A stretch of 64,000 nucleotides of DNA, taken from the NCBI GenBank assembly GCA_046329055.1, contig JAXLVK010000023.1, positions 2,219-66,218 of the forward strand. Direction: 5' to 3'. Position numbers and translations under genes: made by a program. Below are positions 1 through 7,594 of the stretch, piece after piece (position 1 is the first letter of the stretch; each line of letters starts with the position of its first letter). The DNA comes from Bacteroidia bacterium. GTDB taxonomy: Bacteria; Bacteroidota; Bacteroidia; J057; JADKCL01. The notes below the pieces were generated by a model that was not told the DNA's origin, made no database searches, and worked only from the letters and a program-made list of their open reading frames with translations.

Positions 1-312
1 GACCCAGTCGCCGTCCACGTACATGTCGATGCCTTGGCTGTCGAAGTCGAATTGGGTGCTCGCATTCTTTTGGTGAACCATGTCCAGGTGCCCTTGCAGG
101 ACCACGGGCTGCCGATTCTCCATCCCGAGGGTGGCCGGCTTGCGGATGATCACATTGCCGACTTCATCGACAATCGTCTCCAGTCCCAGGGATTCGCCGA
201 ATGCCTTCATGAAGGCCGTCACACGCTCCTCCTTCTTGGAAGGCCGGGGTACCGCGTTGAGGTCGGCAAAATAGTTCCAAACAGCTAAGGGTTCTAGCGA
301 GCGAATTTCCAT
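1..312 (-). CDS. pepD: Xaa-His (aminoacyl-histidine) dipeptidase PepD, N-terminal 104 codons; gene continues past the left edge
   Basis: Not in the ORF track because there is no stop in the window. Own translation from ATG 312..310 gives MEIRSLEPLAVWNYFADLNAVPRPSKKEERVTAFMKAFGESLGLETIVDEVGNVIIRKPATLGMENRQPVVLQGHLDMVHQKN... This follows the PepD (M20C) N-terminal pattern GN.hIRKPAT.GME....V.LQ.HLDMV.QKN. Confidence 0.8.
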   Translation of the reverse strand, partial: MEIRSLEPLAVWNYFADLNAVPRPSKKEERVTAFMKAFGESLGLETIVDEVGNVIIRKPATLGMENRQPVVLQGHLDMVHQKNASTQFDFDSQGIDMYVDGDWV

Positions 313-433
313 AAATACAGTCCACCAATTTCCGGCGGTGAATATAGACCAAATTCGTGGAAGCGCGAAATCAGTTGAAAGGGGACAGGTGACGGTGGAT
401 AGCTGACGCCTTCTGCTGTGCGTGGGGTTCGGC

Positions 434-2350
434 TCAGTGACCGTTGGTTTTGAGGAAGGTATCCACTTGTGCTCTTTTCTCAGAATTGTGCGTGCTGGGC
501 ACTCGGTTGAGGGCCTGGCGGGCCTCAGGGAGGTGTCCGGCATGTGCTTGCATCACGGCGAGGTTCAGCCAGCCTTCCCAGTCGGTGGGAAAAGTCTTGA
601 GCAGGTCGGTTTCTTCTGCAACGGCCTCCGGATACCTACCAGCCAAGTCGAGGAGGCTCGCATGTCCGCTTCGCAGACCGTATTGATAGGGCGCCATGCG
701 GAGGCCATTTTCGAAGGAGCTCAGGGCTCTGTCGATTTGCCCCAGTTCCTGATGGGCCATCCCCTCATACCATTCCAAGGGCATGGCCGATGCAGGATCC
801 AGCTTCGCCGCCCAATTGCCGGCCTTTTTGGCTTTGGCGATGACTTCCTGGGATCGATGTTTCGTTCGCAAGTCACGCAGTTCGAGGATGGAACGGTCCG
901 CACTCAGGCGGTACCCAAAAGTGATCGCCACAACGCACCAGACGGATGCCAGAACAAAGCCTTTTCCCTTCGGCAGCCAAGAAGGTCCTGACTTGCCAGC
1001 TGTTGCCTGCTCCAATGAAACAGCGAACATCCAAAAGAGCATCATGCACTGGAACGGACGCTCCAGCGGGAAGCTGAACCCTGCGTCGATGCCAAATCCC
1101 AGCCATCCCATGAGCAAGCAGAGTCCCAGGATGGGATCGCCGCCCTGGATGCGCCCTGCAGCCATACGAACCGCTCCGACTACGCCCCATGCCCCCATGC
1201 CCAGCATCAACAGCAATCCGAGCACCCCCAATTCGCTGAGCGTCCCGAGGTACTCATTGTGTGGCTGCACGGCGACGCTGAGTCCATAACCGCCCTTGGC
1301 GTCATAGCCCACAAGGCCCGTCTTCTGGATATTCAGCTTCCAGTTGCCCGCTCCGAATCCGTGAATCGGATTTTCCGCGACCAGATCGAGGGTCCGGTGC
1401 CAAGAAATGAACCGAAAGTCAATGCTGCTCGTCTTGGGCGTGACCTCGTGGCCATGCTCCCAGATGTAGTGGAAATTGTAGGTGCCTTCTTTTTGCCCGA
1501 AAACGTAGCGGGTGCCCCAAAATGCCGTGACCAATGCCAATGCCCAAATGCCCAAGGCGATCCATCGCTTCGTTCCATTTGCCTGCTTCCAAATGATCAC
1601 AGGAGCAATGACCGAAGCCGCAAGCAGGACGGGAACCAAGGAGGACCGCGCACCAGAGATCAAAATGCCAGCGACACACAATGCCACAGAAAGCCCGGCA
1701 CCGATTCTCCAGCTCCATTTTTCTAGCCGCAACAGCCCATAAACCGCCCACGGCAGCCCAAAAAGCAGCGCATCCGCGTAGAAATTGGGGTTTTTCATGG
1801 TGCCTTCCGGTATGCCCGGAGTTGCCACAAGGGAAAATGGATCGATGCCACGGGATTGCAGGATTCCGAGCAGGGCTTGCAAGCCGGATGATACGATCAG
1901 GGTCTTGGTGGCGAGGTGCAGCAGGCCAGGGTTGTCCGCAAGGGCCTGCCTCGCGAGGGCAAGAAAGGTCAGGCAAAATGCGAATTGAGCGCAGAGCATC
2001 CACGCTTCCGATGCATTCAAGGCCCAAGCCATCGAGGCCATTCCCCAAGCCAATGCAGGCAAGGCCAACCACCAAAATCGATGGATCGGCTGCGGCGTCA
2101 CGGGCCTTTGGCGGAGGCTCTGAAAGATCATGGGCAGCATTCCCAAGGCCATCACCATCCACTGCGGATACCGCACAGGATCCAGCAATTCCCCCCAATA
2201 CGCAAATGGCATGACCCCGAGAATGGTCACAGCGAAGATCGTCGCAGGCATGGAGATGGAGTTGGGCCGCATCAGGCGACAATTTAGTCGGTTATGGGGA
2301 AATGCCCAGATGTAGGACCCCAGAATCCTGAACCTGCCGCCCTTGTTCAT
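434..2350 (-). CDS. O-antigen ligase (Wzy_C)-like polytopic membrane protein with C-terminal TPR-like domain
   Basis: Track ORF 434..2989, but its first 213 codons are antisense to the 2378..3808 gene. First plausible ATG is at 2350 (alternative 2272). Many hydrophobic helices, a Wzy_C-like loop (VQPHNEYLGTLSELGVLGLLLML), and a soluble helical-repeat tail (EWYEGMAHQELGQIDRALSSFENGLRMAPYQY...). Confidence 0.7.
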   Translation of the reverse strand: MNKGGRFRILGSYIWAFPHNRLNCRLMRPNSISMPATIFAVTILGVMPFAYWGELLDPVRYPQWMVMALGMLPMIFQSLRQRPVTPQPIHRFWWLALPALAWGMASMAWALNASEAWMLCAQFAFCLTFLALARQALADNPGLLHLATKTLIVSSGLQALLGILQSRGIDPFSLVATPGIPEGTMKNPNFYADALLFGLPWAVYGLLRLEKWSWRIGAGLSVALCVAGILISGARSSLVPVLLAASVIAPVIIWKQANGTKRWIALGIWALALVTAFWGTRYVFGQKEGTYNFHYIWEHGHEVTPKTSSIDFRFISWHRTLDLVAENPIHGFGAGNWKLNIQKTGLVGYDAKGGYGLSVAVQPHNEYLGTLSELGVLGLLLMLGMGAWGVVGAVRMAAGRIQGGDPILGLCLLMGWLGFGIDAGFSFPLERPFQCMMLFWMFAVSLEQATAGKSGPSWLPKGKGFVLASVWCVVAITFGYRLSADRSILELRDLRTKHRSQEVIAKAKKAGNWAAKLDPASAMPLEWYEGMAHQELGQIDRALSSFENGLRMAPYQYGLRSGHASLLDLAGRYPEAVAEETDLLKTFPTDWEGWLNLAVMQAHAGHLPEARQALNRVPSTHNSEKRAQVDTFLKTNGH

Positions 2351-2377
2351 CACGGCGGAAATCCTTAGTTTTTTCGG

Positions 2378-3808
2378 ATGAAAGAACGGCTTCTCCTCTT
2401 CCTTGCGGGATGTGGTATTTTTTCCGGGCTGCGGGGGGCGGCACCATTGCCGCTGGACAGCTTGCTTGCGGCTTACCGTACACAGGTCAATGACACCGCG
2501 AGTGTCTCCACCATGGTGCGCATTGGCAGGGCATATTTCTATTCCCAACCCGATTCCAGCAAGTTCTATTATGACCATGCCCTGCAAATGGCGGAGAAAT
2601 GGCAGTATGAATTCGGTTCGGCCTACGCCCTTTTGAACCTTGGCGACTACTACCAATCGCGGGGAAAATACCCGGAGAGTTTGCGGCATTACCTGCGCAG
2701 CCTGTCCATGTTGGAGGCACAGGGGCGGGAGTCCATGGTCGCTAGTTGTCACAACAATATCAGTCTGGTCTATATGGCGATCGGCGCGATGGACGATGCG
2801 ATGGAGCATAGCAAGCTGGCATTGAACTATTACCGGAAAGTGAACCGGATGGAAAATGTCATGAACATCCTGAACAATATGGGCCTGATCCATTTCGGGA
2901 GGGATGAGTTCAAGGAGGCGGAGGCTGCCTACAGGGAATCGTTGGAATTGCGGGAAAAGGCCGGGTCCTACAAGGGTTCTGTGCTCCACAACCTGGGTGA
3001 ATTGATGGCCGAATGCGGGTACAATGACAGTGCGATGTCCTATTTCCAGCTCTCACTCGCGGAGAAAGTCGCGGCCAACCGGGTCACTAACATGCCCACG
3101 ACCTATATCCAAATCGGGTTGCAGCATCGGCTCGCAGGAGACAATGCCAAGGCGATGGGGGCATTCATGACGGGATATGAGATCGCCAAGGAAAGCAACC
3201 TAGAGGCCGACCGGGCGGAGCTGTGCAAGGCGATCGGGGACCTGATGGCGAGCGAAGGAAGGTGGCAGGAGGCCTACCAATTTGAGCATGAGGGACGGAT
3301 GCTCCACGACACGATTTTCAATCCGGATCTGGTCAATGACATGGCACGGTCGGAAGTGGACTATTCCTTGCAGAAAACCGAGGTGGAGCGGAAGGAATTG
3401 CAATTGCGGAAGGAACTGGCGGAGACAGGTCTGCGGAATAGCCGCTGGTTGAGTGGCTTGGCATTGGTCGCACTGGCGGTCGTGAGCGGGCTGCTCATCT
3501 GGATTTACCGACTGAACCTGAAGCGCGGGCAGATCAATCGCGACCTGAACGCCCTCAATGCCGACTTGGAGGAGCGCGTGCAGCAACGGACGGCCTCCCT
3601 GCAGGCGAAGACCGAGGTGCTGGAGCGGCATGCATTTGACCTGTCGCACAGGGTGCGGGGGCCTGTGGCCAGCATATTGGGACTGGCTGCCTTGATCGAT
3701 ACCGAAAACCCTGCCAACCCAAGCAATGCCAAGTACCTCGATGGCATCAAGGCCAAGACCGTGAGCCTGGACCAGGTCCTACACGAGATCAATGCCGGAC
3801 TGGAGTAG
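2378..3808 (+). CDS. TPR-repeat membrane protein ending in a HisKA-type dimerisation/phosphoacceptor domain, with no ATPase domain
   Basis: ATG at 2378. N-terminal signal/anchor, several TPR-like units (AYALLNLGDYYQSRGKYPESLRHYLRSL...), a coiled coil, and one TM (WLSGLALVALAVVSGLLIWIY). An H-box follows (LSHRVRGPVASILGLAALI), and the ORF stops about 55 aa after it. Confidence 0.7.
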   Translation: MKERLLLFLAGCGIFSGLRGAAPLPLDSLLAAYRTQVNDTASVSTMVRIGRAYFYSQPDSSKFYYDHALQMAEKWQYEFGSAYALLNLGDYYQSRGKYPESLRHYLRSLSMLEAQGRESMVASCHNNISLVYMAIGAMDDAMEHSKLALNYYRKVNRMENVMNILNNMGLIHFGRDEFKEAEAAYRESLELREKAGSYKGSVLHNLGELMAECGYNDSAMSYFQLSLAEKVAANRVTNMPTTYIQIGLQHRLAGDNAKAMGAFMTGYEIAKESNLEADRAELCKAIGDLMASEGRWQEAYQFEHEGRMLHDTIFNPDLVNDMARSEVDYSLQKTEVERKELQLRKELAETGLRNSRWLSGLALVALAVVSGLLIWIYRLNLKRGQINRDLNALNADLEERVQQRTASLQAKTEVLERHAFDLSHRVRGPVASILGLAALIDTENPANPSNAKYLDGIKAKTVSLDQVLHEINAGLE

Positions 3809-3907
3809 CCCCGATTACGCGGACGAGAGGATTTCGTAAGCCTCCTCTAATTGTCGCGGAGCGAATTCCGCCCTAAATTGGTACGGAATCAAAAATTTGC
3901 TCCCCGC

Positions 3908-5122
3908 ATGAGGAGGTTTCGTCGCCACCTGTTTCTGCTCCTGCTCCTTCCTGGCACCTGGCTGCCTGCCCAGAACCTCGTGCCCAATCCGAGCTTCGAG
4001 GACACCCTTTCGCTGGGCTGCGACCCCTTCATCAACGGCGAATTTGGCCAACGGGTGCAGAATTGGTACGCGCCGTCCTCTGGCACCCCGGACCATTACA
4101 CCACGCTGAATCCGCAGTCCTGCTGGAATCACCAACCCAATTCCACCTACCCCGGCCCCATTTGCCTGAAGGGTCCCCAAATGCCGCGCACCGGGGATGG
4201 CATGGCGGGCATGTTCCTCTACACCATCGCGACCTTTGAGGACAGGGAATATGTCCAGGTGCACCTCAGCAGCCCCTTGGAGGTCTGTCAGCGGTACGCG
4301 GTCGAGTTTTATGTCTCCTTGGCGGAGTTCACCGAATTCGGCACCAACCGCCTGGGGGCGCACCTGAGTGTGGGGCCCGTTATCATCGGGACGAGTACCG
4401 TGATCACAGCGACTCCGCAGGTAAATGCCCAGGGATTGATCTCCGACACGCAAAATTGGGTGCGCATCGCCGATACCATCACCGCCGATCAGCCTTACGA
4501 TTATCTCACCTTCGGAAATTTCTTTTCGGATGCCGTGACGCAGTTGGTGGCGAACCCGACCTCATCCGGCCTGCCGGGTTGTTATGGGGCCTATTATTAT
4601 CTGGACGACGTTTCTGTGGAGCGCATCTGCCCCCAAGTGGCGATTTCGGGAGCCACGACGCTCTGCTTGGGCGACTCCACGCCGCTCTCGCTCTCGGGTG
4701 TGACATGCTATGACAGCCTGCGTTGGAGCACAGGAGAGACCGCAACGAGCATCACCGTCAAGGACGGCGGCAACTACTTCGTGACCGTGTGGAGCGACTC
4801 CTGCGTCTCGACCGATTCCCTGCACTTGGAGGTGACCGACTGCCCTCCGATGCTCGAAATGGGCAACGTCTTTTCCCCCAATGGCGATGGCCTCAACGAC
4901 CTTTTCCTGCCTGTGACCGCCCAAGCATTGCTGAATGCCGAGTTGTTGATCTATGACCGCTGGGGCAGGCAACTCTGGTCCACGAGGGACATGGGCCAAG
5001 GTTGGGATGGCAAAATCAGCGGCAAGGATTGCCCGGAGGGGGTGTACTACTACACGGTGAGGTACCAAGGCAAGGACCTGAAGCTGGCGCAATCCTCAGG
5101 TGCCCTCACCCTGCTGCGGTAG
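3908..5122 (+). CDS. Secreted protein with T9SS type-B (gliding-motility-associated, CHU_C-like) C-terminal sorting domain
   Basis: Start moved to ATG 3908, giving signal peptide MRRFRRHLFLLLLLPGTWLPAQN. The C-terminus GNVFSPNGDGLNDLFLPV...LLIYDRWGRQLWST...GWDGKISGKDCPEGVYYYTVRY...GALTLLR matches the type-B CTD pattern. Confidence 0.75.
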   Translation: MRRFRRHLFLLLLLPGTWLPAQNLVPNPSFEDTLSLGCDPFINGEFGQRVQNWYAPSSGTPDHYTTLNPQSCWNHQPNSTYPGPICLKGPQMPRTGDGMAGMFLYTIATFEDREYVQVHLSSPLEVCQRYAVEFYVSLAEFTEFGTNRLGAHLSVGPVIIGTSTVITATPQVNAQGLISDTQNWVRIADTITADQPYDYLTFGNFFSDAVTQLVANPTSSGLPGCYGAYYYLDDVSVERICPQVAISGATTLCLGDSTPLSLSGVTCYDSLRWSTGETATSITVKDGGNYFVTVWSDSCVSTDSLHLEVTDCPPMLEMGNVFSPNGDGLNDLFLPVTAQALLNAELLIYDRWGRQLWSTRDMGQGWDGKISGKDCPEGVYYYTVRYQGKDLKLAQSSGALTLLR

Positions 5123-5130
5123 GCGGAGCA

Positions 5131-5829
5131 TCAATCAAAATCTCCCCGGAGCAAGGCGAAGAACCGATCAATCGGAGCCGCAGGGCCTTCCCAACGGCCA
5201 CGTTGCGCCAATTCACCGACACGCTCCAATTCGTCAGCCCCGGGCTTGTGGATGTCCATCGGAACCTTTAGGATGCGGGGATCCTCCCGGTCAAATGGTG
5301 GCGTGACCTTGCTTTCGTACCAGAGCGAAAGCATGTTGATGGGGCAACTCACAAGGATGCGGACTGCCTGTTCGGCGACTTCCCATTCGCGGAGCTTCTC
5401 ATTGATGTCCTCGAAAAATGCAATGCTGTTGGCCAATCGGATGCGGGAGCCGGCCTTGGACTTGCCCCGGGTTTGGAGGTAGCCGACTTGCGCCTTGCCA
5501 TTGCCGCGGACCATGTATTTCTTGATGACCTTGTGCAGGGCGAGTTCGCCGTCCTCAAAATACCCAATCGCGCTGTGTCCAGCTTGGATCAGGATGAGCA
5601 GGAAGGGGGCGGAAACCACTGGCACCTGAACGAGGTACTTCTCCAAGTCGATGTCGGCATCTGGCGGTGGATAGCTGATTGGCATTCGGAAATGCCAAGC
5701 CTGCCCATCGATCTCCCCCGAGAGTTTGTTCTTTTCCCGGTCCCAATCATAGCGGAATCCCGGCTGTGCCAGGAGGTGCGTGAGGAGCTGGTAGGATTTG
5801 TCGTAATGGATGTCACGGCGCGTTTCCAT
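5131..5829 (-). CDS. Vms1/ANKZF1-like release-factor (VLRF1) domain protein, putative peptidyl-tRNA hydrolase/endonuclease
   Basis: 232 aa. FLLILIQAGHSAIGYFEDGELALHKVIKKYMVRGNGKAQVGYLQTRGKSKAGSRIRLANSIAFFEDINEKLREW lines up from memory with the ANKZF1 core (..GGHFAGAVF...HKTFHRYxVRAKRGTAQ...AGANLRRYNE...). That includes the Gln loop (GKAQ). Confidence 0.65.
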   Translation of the reverse strand: METRRDIHYDKSYQLLTHLLAQPGFRYDWDREKNKLSGEIDGQAWHFRMPISYPPPDADIDLEKYLVQVPVVSAPFLLILIQAGHSAIGYFEDGELALHKVIKKYMVRGNGKAQVGYLQTRGKSKAGSRIRLANSIAFFEDINEKLREWEVAEQAVRILVSCPINMLSLWYESKVTPPFDREDPRILKVPMDIHKPGADELERVGELAQRGRWEGPAAPIDRFFALLRGDFD

Positions 5830-5833
5830 GGGG

Positions 5834-5841
5834 CAAATCTA
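5834..5841 (-). promoter_or_regulatory. Candidate Bacteroidota -7 promoter box (TAGATTTG) for the VLRF1 gene; implies a near-leaderless mRNA
   Basis: The minus strand reads TAGATTTG-CCCC-ATG, matching TAnnTTTG only 4 nt before the start codon at 5829. Confidence 0.3.
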
Positions 5842-5927
5842 ATGCGAAACCCACTTTCCGGGCGTATGCCGTATCCAATGGCGCGATTTTCAGGCTCATT
5901 GGTATGACAGGCCATGCCGGGTCGCCT

Positions 5928-5935
5928 TATTTTTG
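5928..5935 (+). promoter_or_regulatory. Candidate Bacteroidota -7 promoter box (TATTTTTG) for the RNA ligase gene
   Basis: TAnnTTTG match 20 nt upstream of ATG 5955. It lies inside the longer track ORF (5904 start), which argues for the 5955 start. Confidence 0.35.
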
Positions 5936-5954
5936 CGGCAGAAATTTTCCAGAG

Positions 5955-6983
5955 ATGAACCCCTTTCAAGGTTATGAAAAGATGCCGGACAGCCTCACCA
6001 AGCTGGGACTTTCCCCGCAAGACATGCGGCTGCTGGAGCGGGTGGAATGGGTGGTGACGGAGAAGGTCCATGGCGCGAATTTCTCCTTTGTATTTGACGG
6101 AGAGCGGCTTGGGTACGCCAAGCGCAAGGAGATGCTGGCCTGGACCGACGATTTTTTCGCCTTCCAATTGGTTGCGGAACGGCTGGACGCAGCGATGATG
6201 CGGCTCTTTGACCGGATCCGGGAGTTGCATCCCTATGATCAGGCTGTGGTTTATGGGGAGCTTTATGGCGGGCACTATCCGCATCCCGAAGTTCCTGCCG
6301 ATGAGCGGGTCCAGCCCATCCAAACGGGGATTTGGTACTCGCCGACGGTGGAATTCGCTGCATTTGACATCGCGGTGGAGCGGCAGGGCGAGCGGACCTA
6401 CCTGGATTTCGTGGAGGTCATGCGACTATGCGAGGCGTCCGGTGTGCCCTGCGTGAAGCCCCTGCACATCGGGAAGCTGAACGATTGTCTCTTTTTCAAT
6501 ACCCGGTTCGATTCCAAGGTCCCCGGCTCATTGGGCCTGCCGGAGCTCAAGCCAAACTTGGTGGAAGGGATCGTGGTGAAGCCCGCGACGAACCTGATGA
6601 TCCCCGGCCCCAAGACCGACATCCGCCCCATTTTCAAGATCAAGAACAAGGAATTCGCTGAGGAGCAGTTCCATGAGGCGCAGAATTGGAGCTATCAGCA
6701 CGAAGGCGCTCCGGCCTCTGAGCGGCTGATGTTCCTGGTGCCGGAGGTGGGCAGGTATGTGAATGCGAACCGCTTGCAGAGCGTGATTTCGAAGATTGGC
6801 GGCTTGAGTGGGGGAGGGGAGGAGCGGAAAATGCAGGTGCAACAAGCGCTAGCAGCGGATGCCTTGGAGACGTTTTGGGAGGAGAACGTCGGGCTGCGGG
6901 AGGACCTGTCGGATGCGGATTTGCGGTGGCTGACCGAGCGGGTGGAGGCGCTTGCTGGGCAGTGTATGTCCGTCATGCCGTAG
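5955..6983 (+). CDS. ATP-dependent RNA ligase, Rnl2 / RNA-editing-ligase-like nucleotidyltransferase
   Basis: Covalent nucleotidyltransferase motifs occur in order: I VVTEKVHGANF (Lys nucleophile), III VVYGELYGG, IV VEGIVVKP, V PIFKIKNKEF. The track start is 5904; ATG 5955 is preferred because of the promoter box. Confidence 0.8.
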   Translation: MNPFQGYEKMPDSLTKLGLSPQDMRLLERVEWVVTEKVHGANFSFVFDGERLGYAKRKEMLAWTDDFFAFQLVAERLDAAMMRLFDRIRELHPYDQAVVYGELYGGHYPHPEVPADERVQPIQTGIWYSPTVEFAAFDIAVERQGERTYLDFVEVMRLCEASGVPCVKPLHIGKLNDCLFFNTRFDSKVPGSLGLPELKPNLVEGIVVKPATNLMIPGPKTDIRPIFKIKNKEFAEEQFHEAQNWSYQHEGAPASERLMFLVPEVGRYVNANRLQSVISKIGGLSGGGEERKMQVQQALAADALETFWEENVGLREDLSDADLRWLTERVEALAGQCMSVMP

Positions 6984-7014
6984 AGAAAGGTCGAGAGCTT
7001 TCCCTCAGGAATGC

Positions 7015-7449
7015 TCACAGGAAATATGTGAAATCGTTGAATGTCTCGTCGGAGCGGATTCCGCCTGTGGCTGAAAAGAGGGCTTGGCCCTCAACATTGT
7101 CCGTCCCCGTTCCCAGCCAAAGCTCTGTGACGCCGTCCGCCTTCAATGCCTGACGAAGGTGGTCCATGAGGCCCCGGCCTGCTCCTAGGCGTCGGTACTC
7201 CTCCTCCACGCCGATGTCGTAGAGGTAGGCCATGTAGGCTGGCTCATAAAGGGATGGGAATCGGTAAGCCAATGCATATCCGATGGGTTTCGCATCCCAC
7301 AAAGCTGCAAAAAGGTAGGTGCGGTCATCGGCAAGCATCTTGTCCAGGTGTCCCCAGTCCGCGCGCTCCACGACATCGTCAATCAGCTGAGTGACAATGG
7401 TGTTCAGGACCTCACGGTCATCGGGAGAGACTCGAATGATCTGTAACAT
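7015..7449 (-). CDS. GNAT family N-acetyltransferase
   Basis: Start moved to ATG 7449 (MLQIIRVSPDD...). Acetyl-CoA motif A-like segment is present: VEEEYRRLGAGRGLMDHLRQALKADG. Confidence 0.75.
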   Translation of the reverse strand: MLQIIRVSPDDREVLNTIVTQLIDDVVERADWGHLDKMLADDRTYLFAALWDAKPIGYALAYRFPSLYEPAYMAYLYDIGVEEEYRRLGAGRGLMDHLRQALKADGVTELWLGTGTDNVEGQALFSATGGIRSDETFNDFTYFL

Positions 7450-7503
7450 AGTTGCAATAGGATGTCTATGGAGACTCGCAGGTGGTGCCAGAGACGCGGA
7501 TGC

Positions 7504-7567
7504 CAATTCATCCGTAGGGACAGGTCGTGCCATGGGGACAATTCCCGCCGTAGGGACAGATCGTCCC
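7504..7567. repeat. Tandem direct repeat, 2 copies of about 28 bp with about 36-bp period, in the parC/GNAT intergenic region
   Basis: Copy 1 (7504-7531) reads CAATTC-AT-CCGTAGGGACAG-G-TCGT-GCC. Copy 2 (7539-7567) reads CAATTC-CCG-CCGTAGGGACAG-A-TCGT-CCC. Confidence 0.6.
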
Positions 7568-7594
7568 GATTCATCTGGAACCCGACGGCGGGAA

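Noticed and set aside
2351-2989. N-terminal 213 codons of the 851-aa track ORF 434..2989.
   Set aside because: This part is antisense to the well-supported TPR/HisKA gene (2378..3808) and has no membrane-protein character. The Wzy-like protein starts sensibly at ATG 2350.
7015-7449. GNAT as a tRNA-acetylating toxin functionally linked to the VLRF1/ligase pair.
   Set aside because: There is no adjacent antitoxin-like small gene. It is convergent rather than co-transcribed with the ligase, and the sequence is a generic GNAT. A link would be pure speculation.
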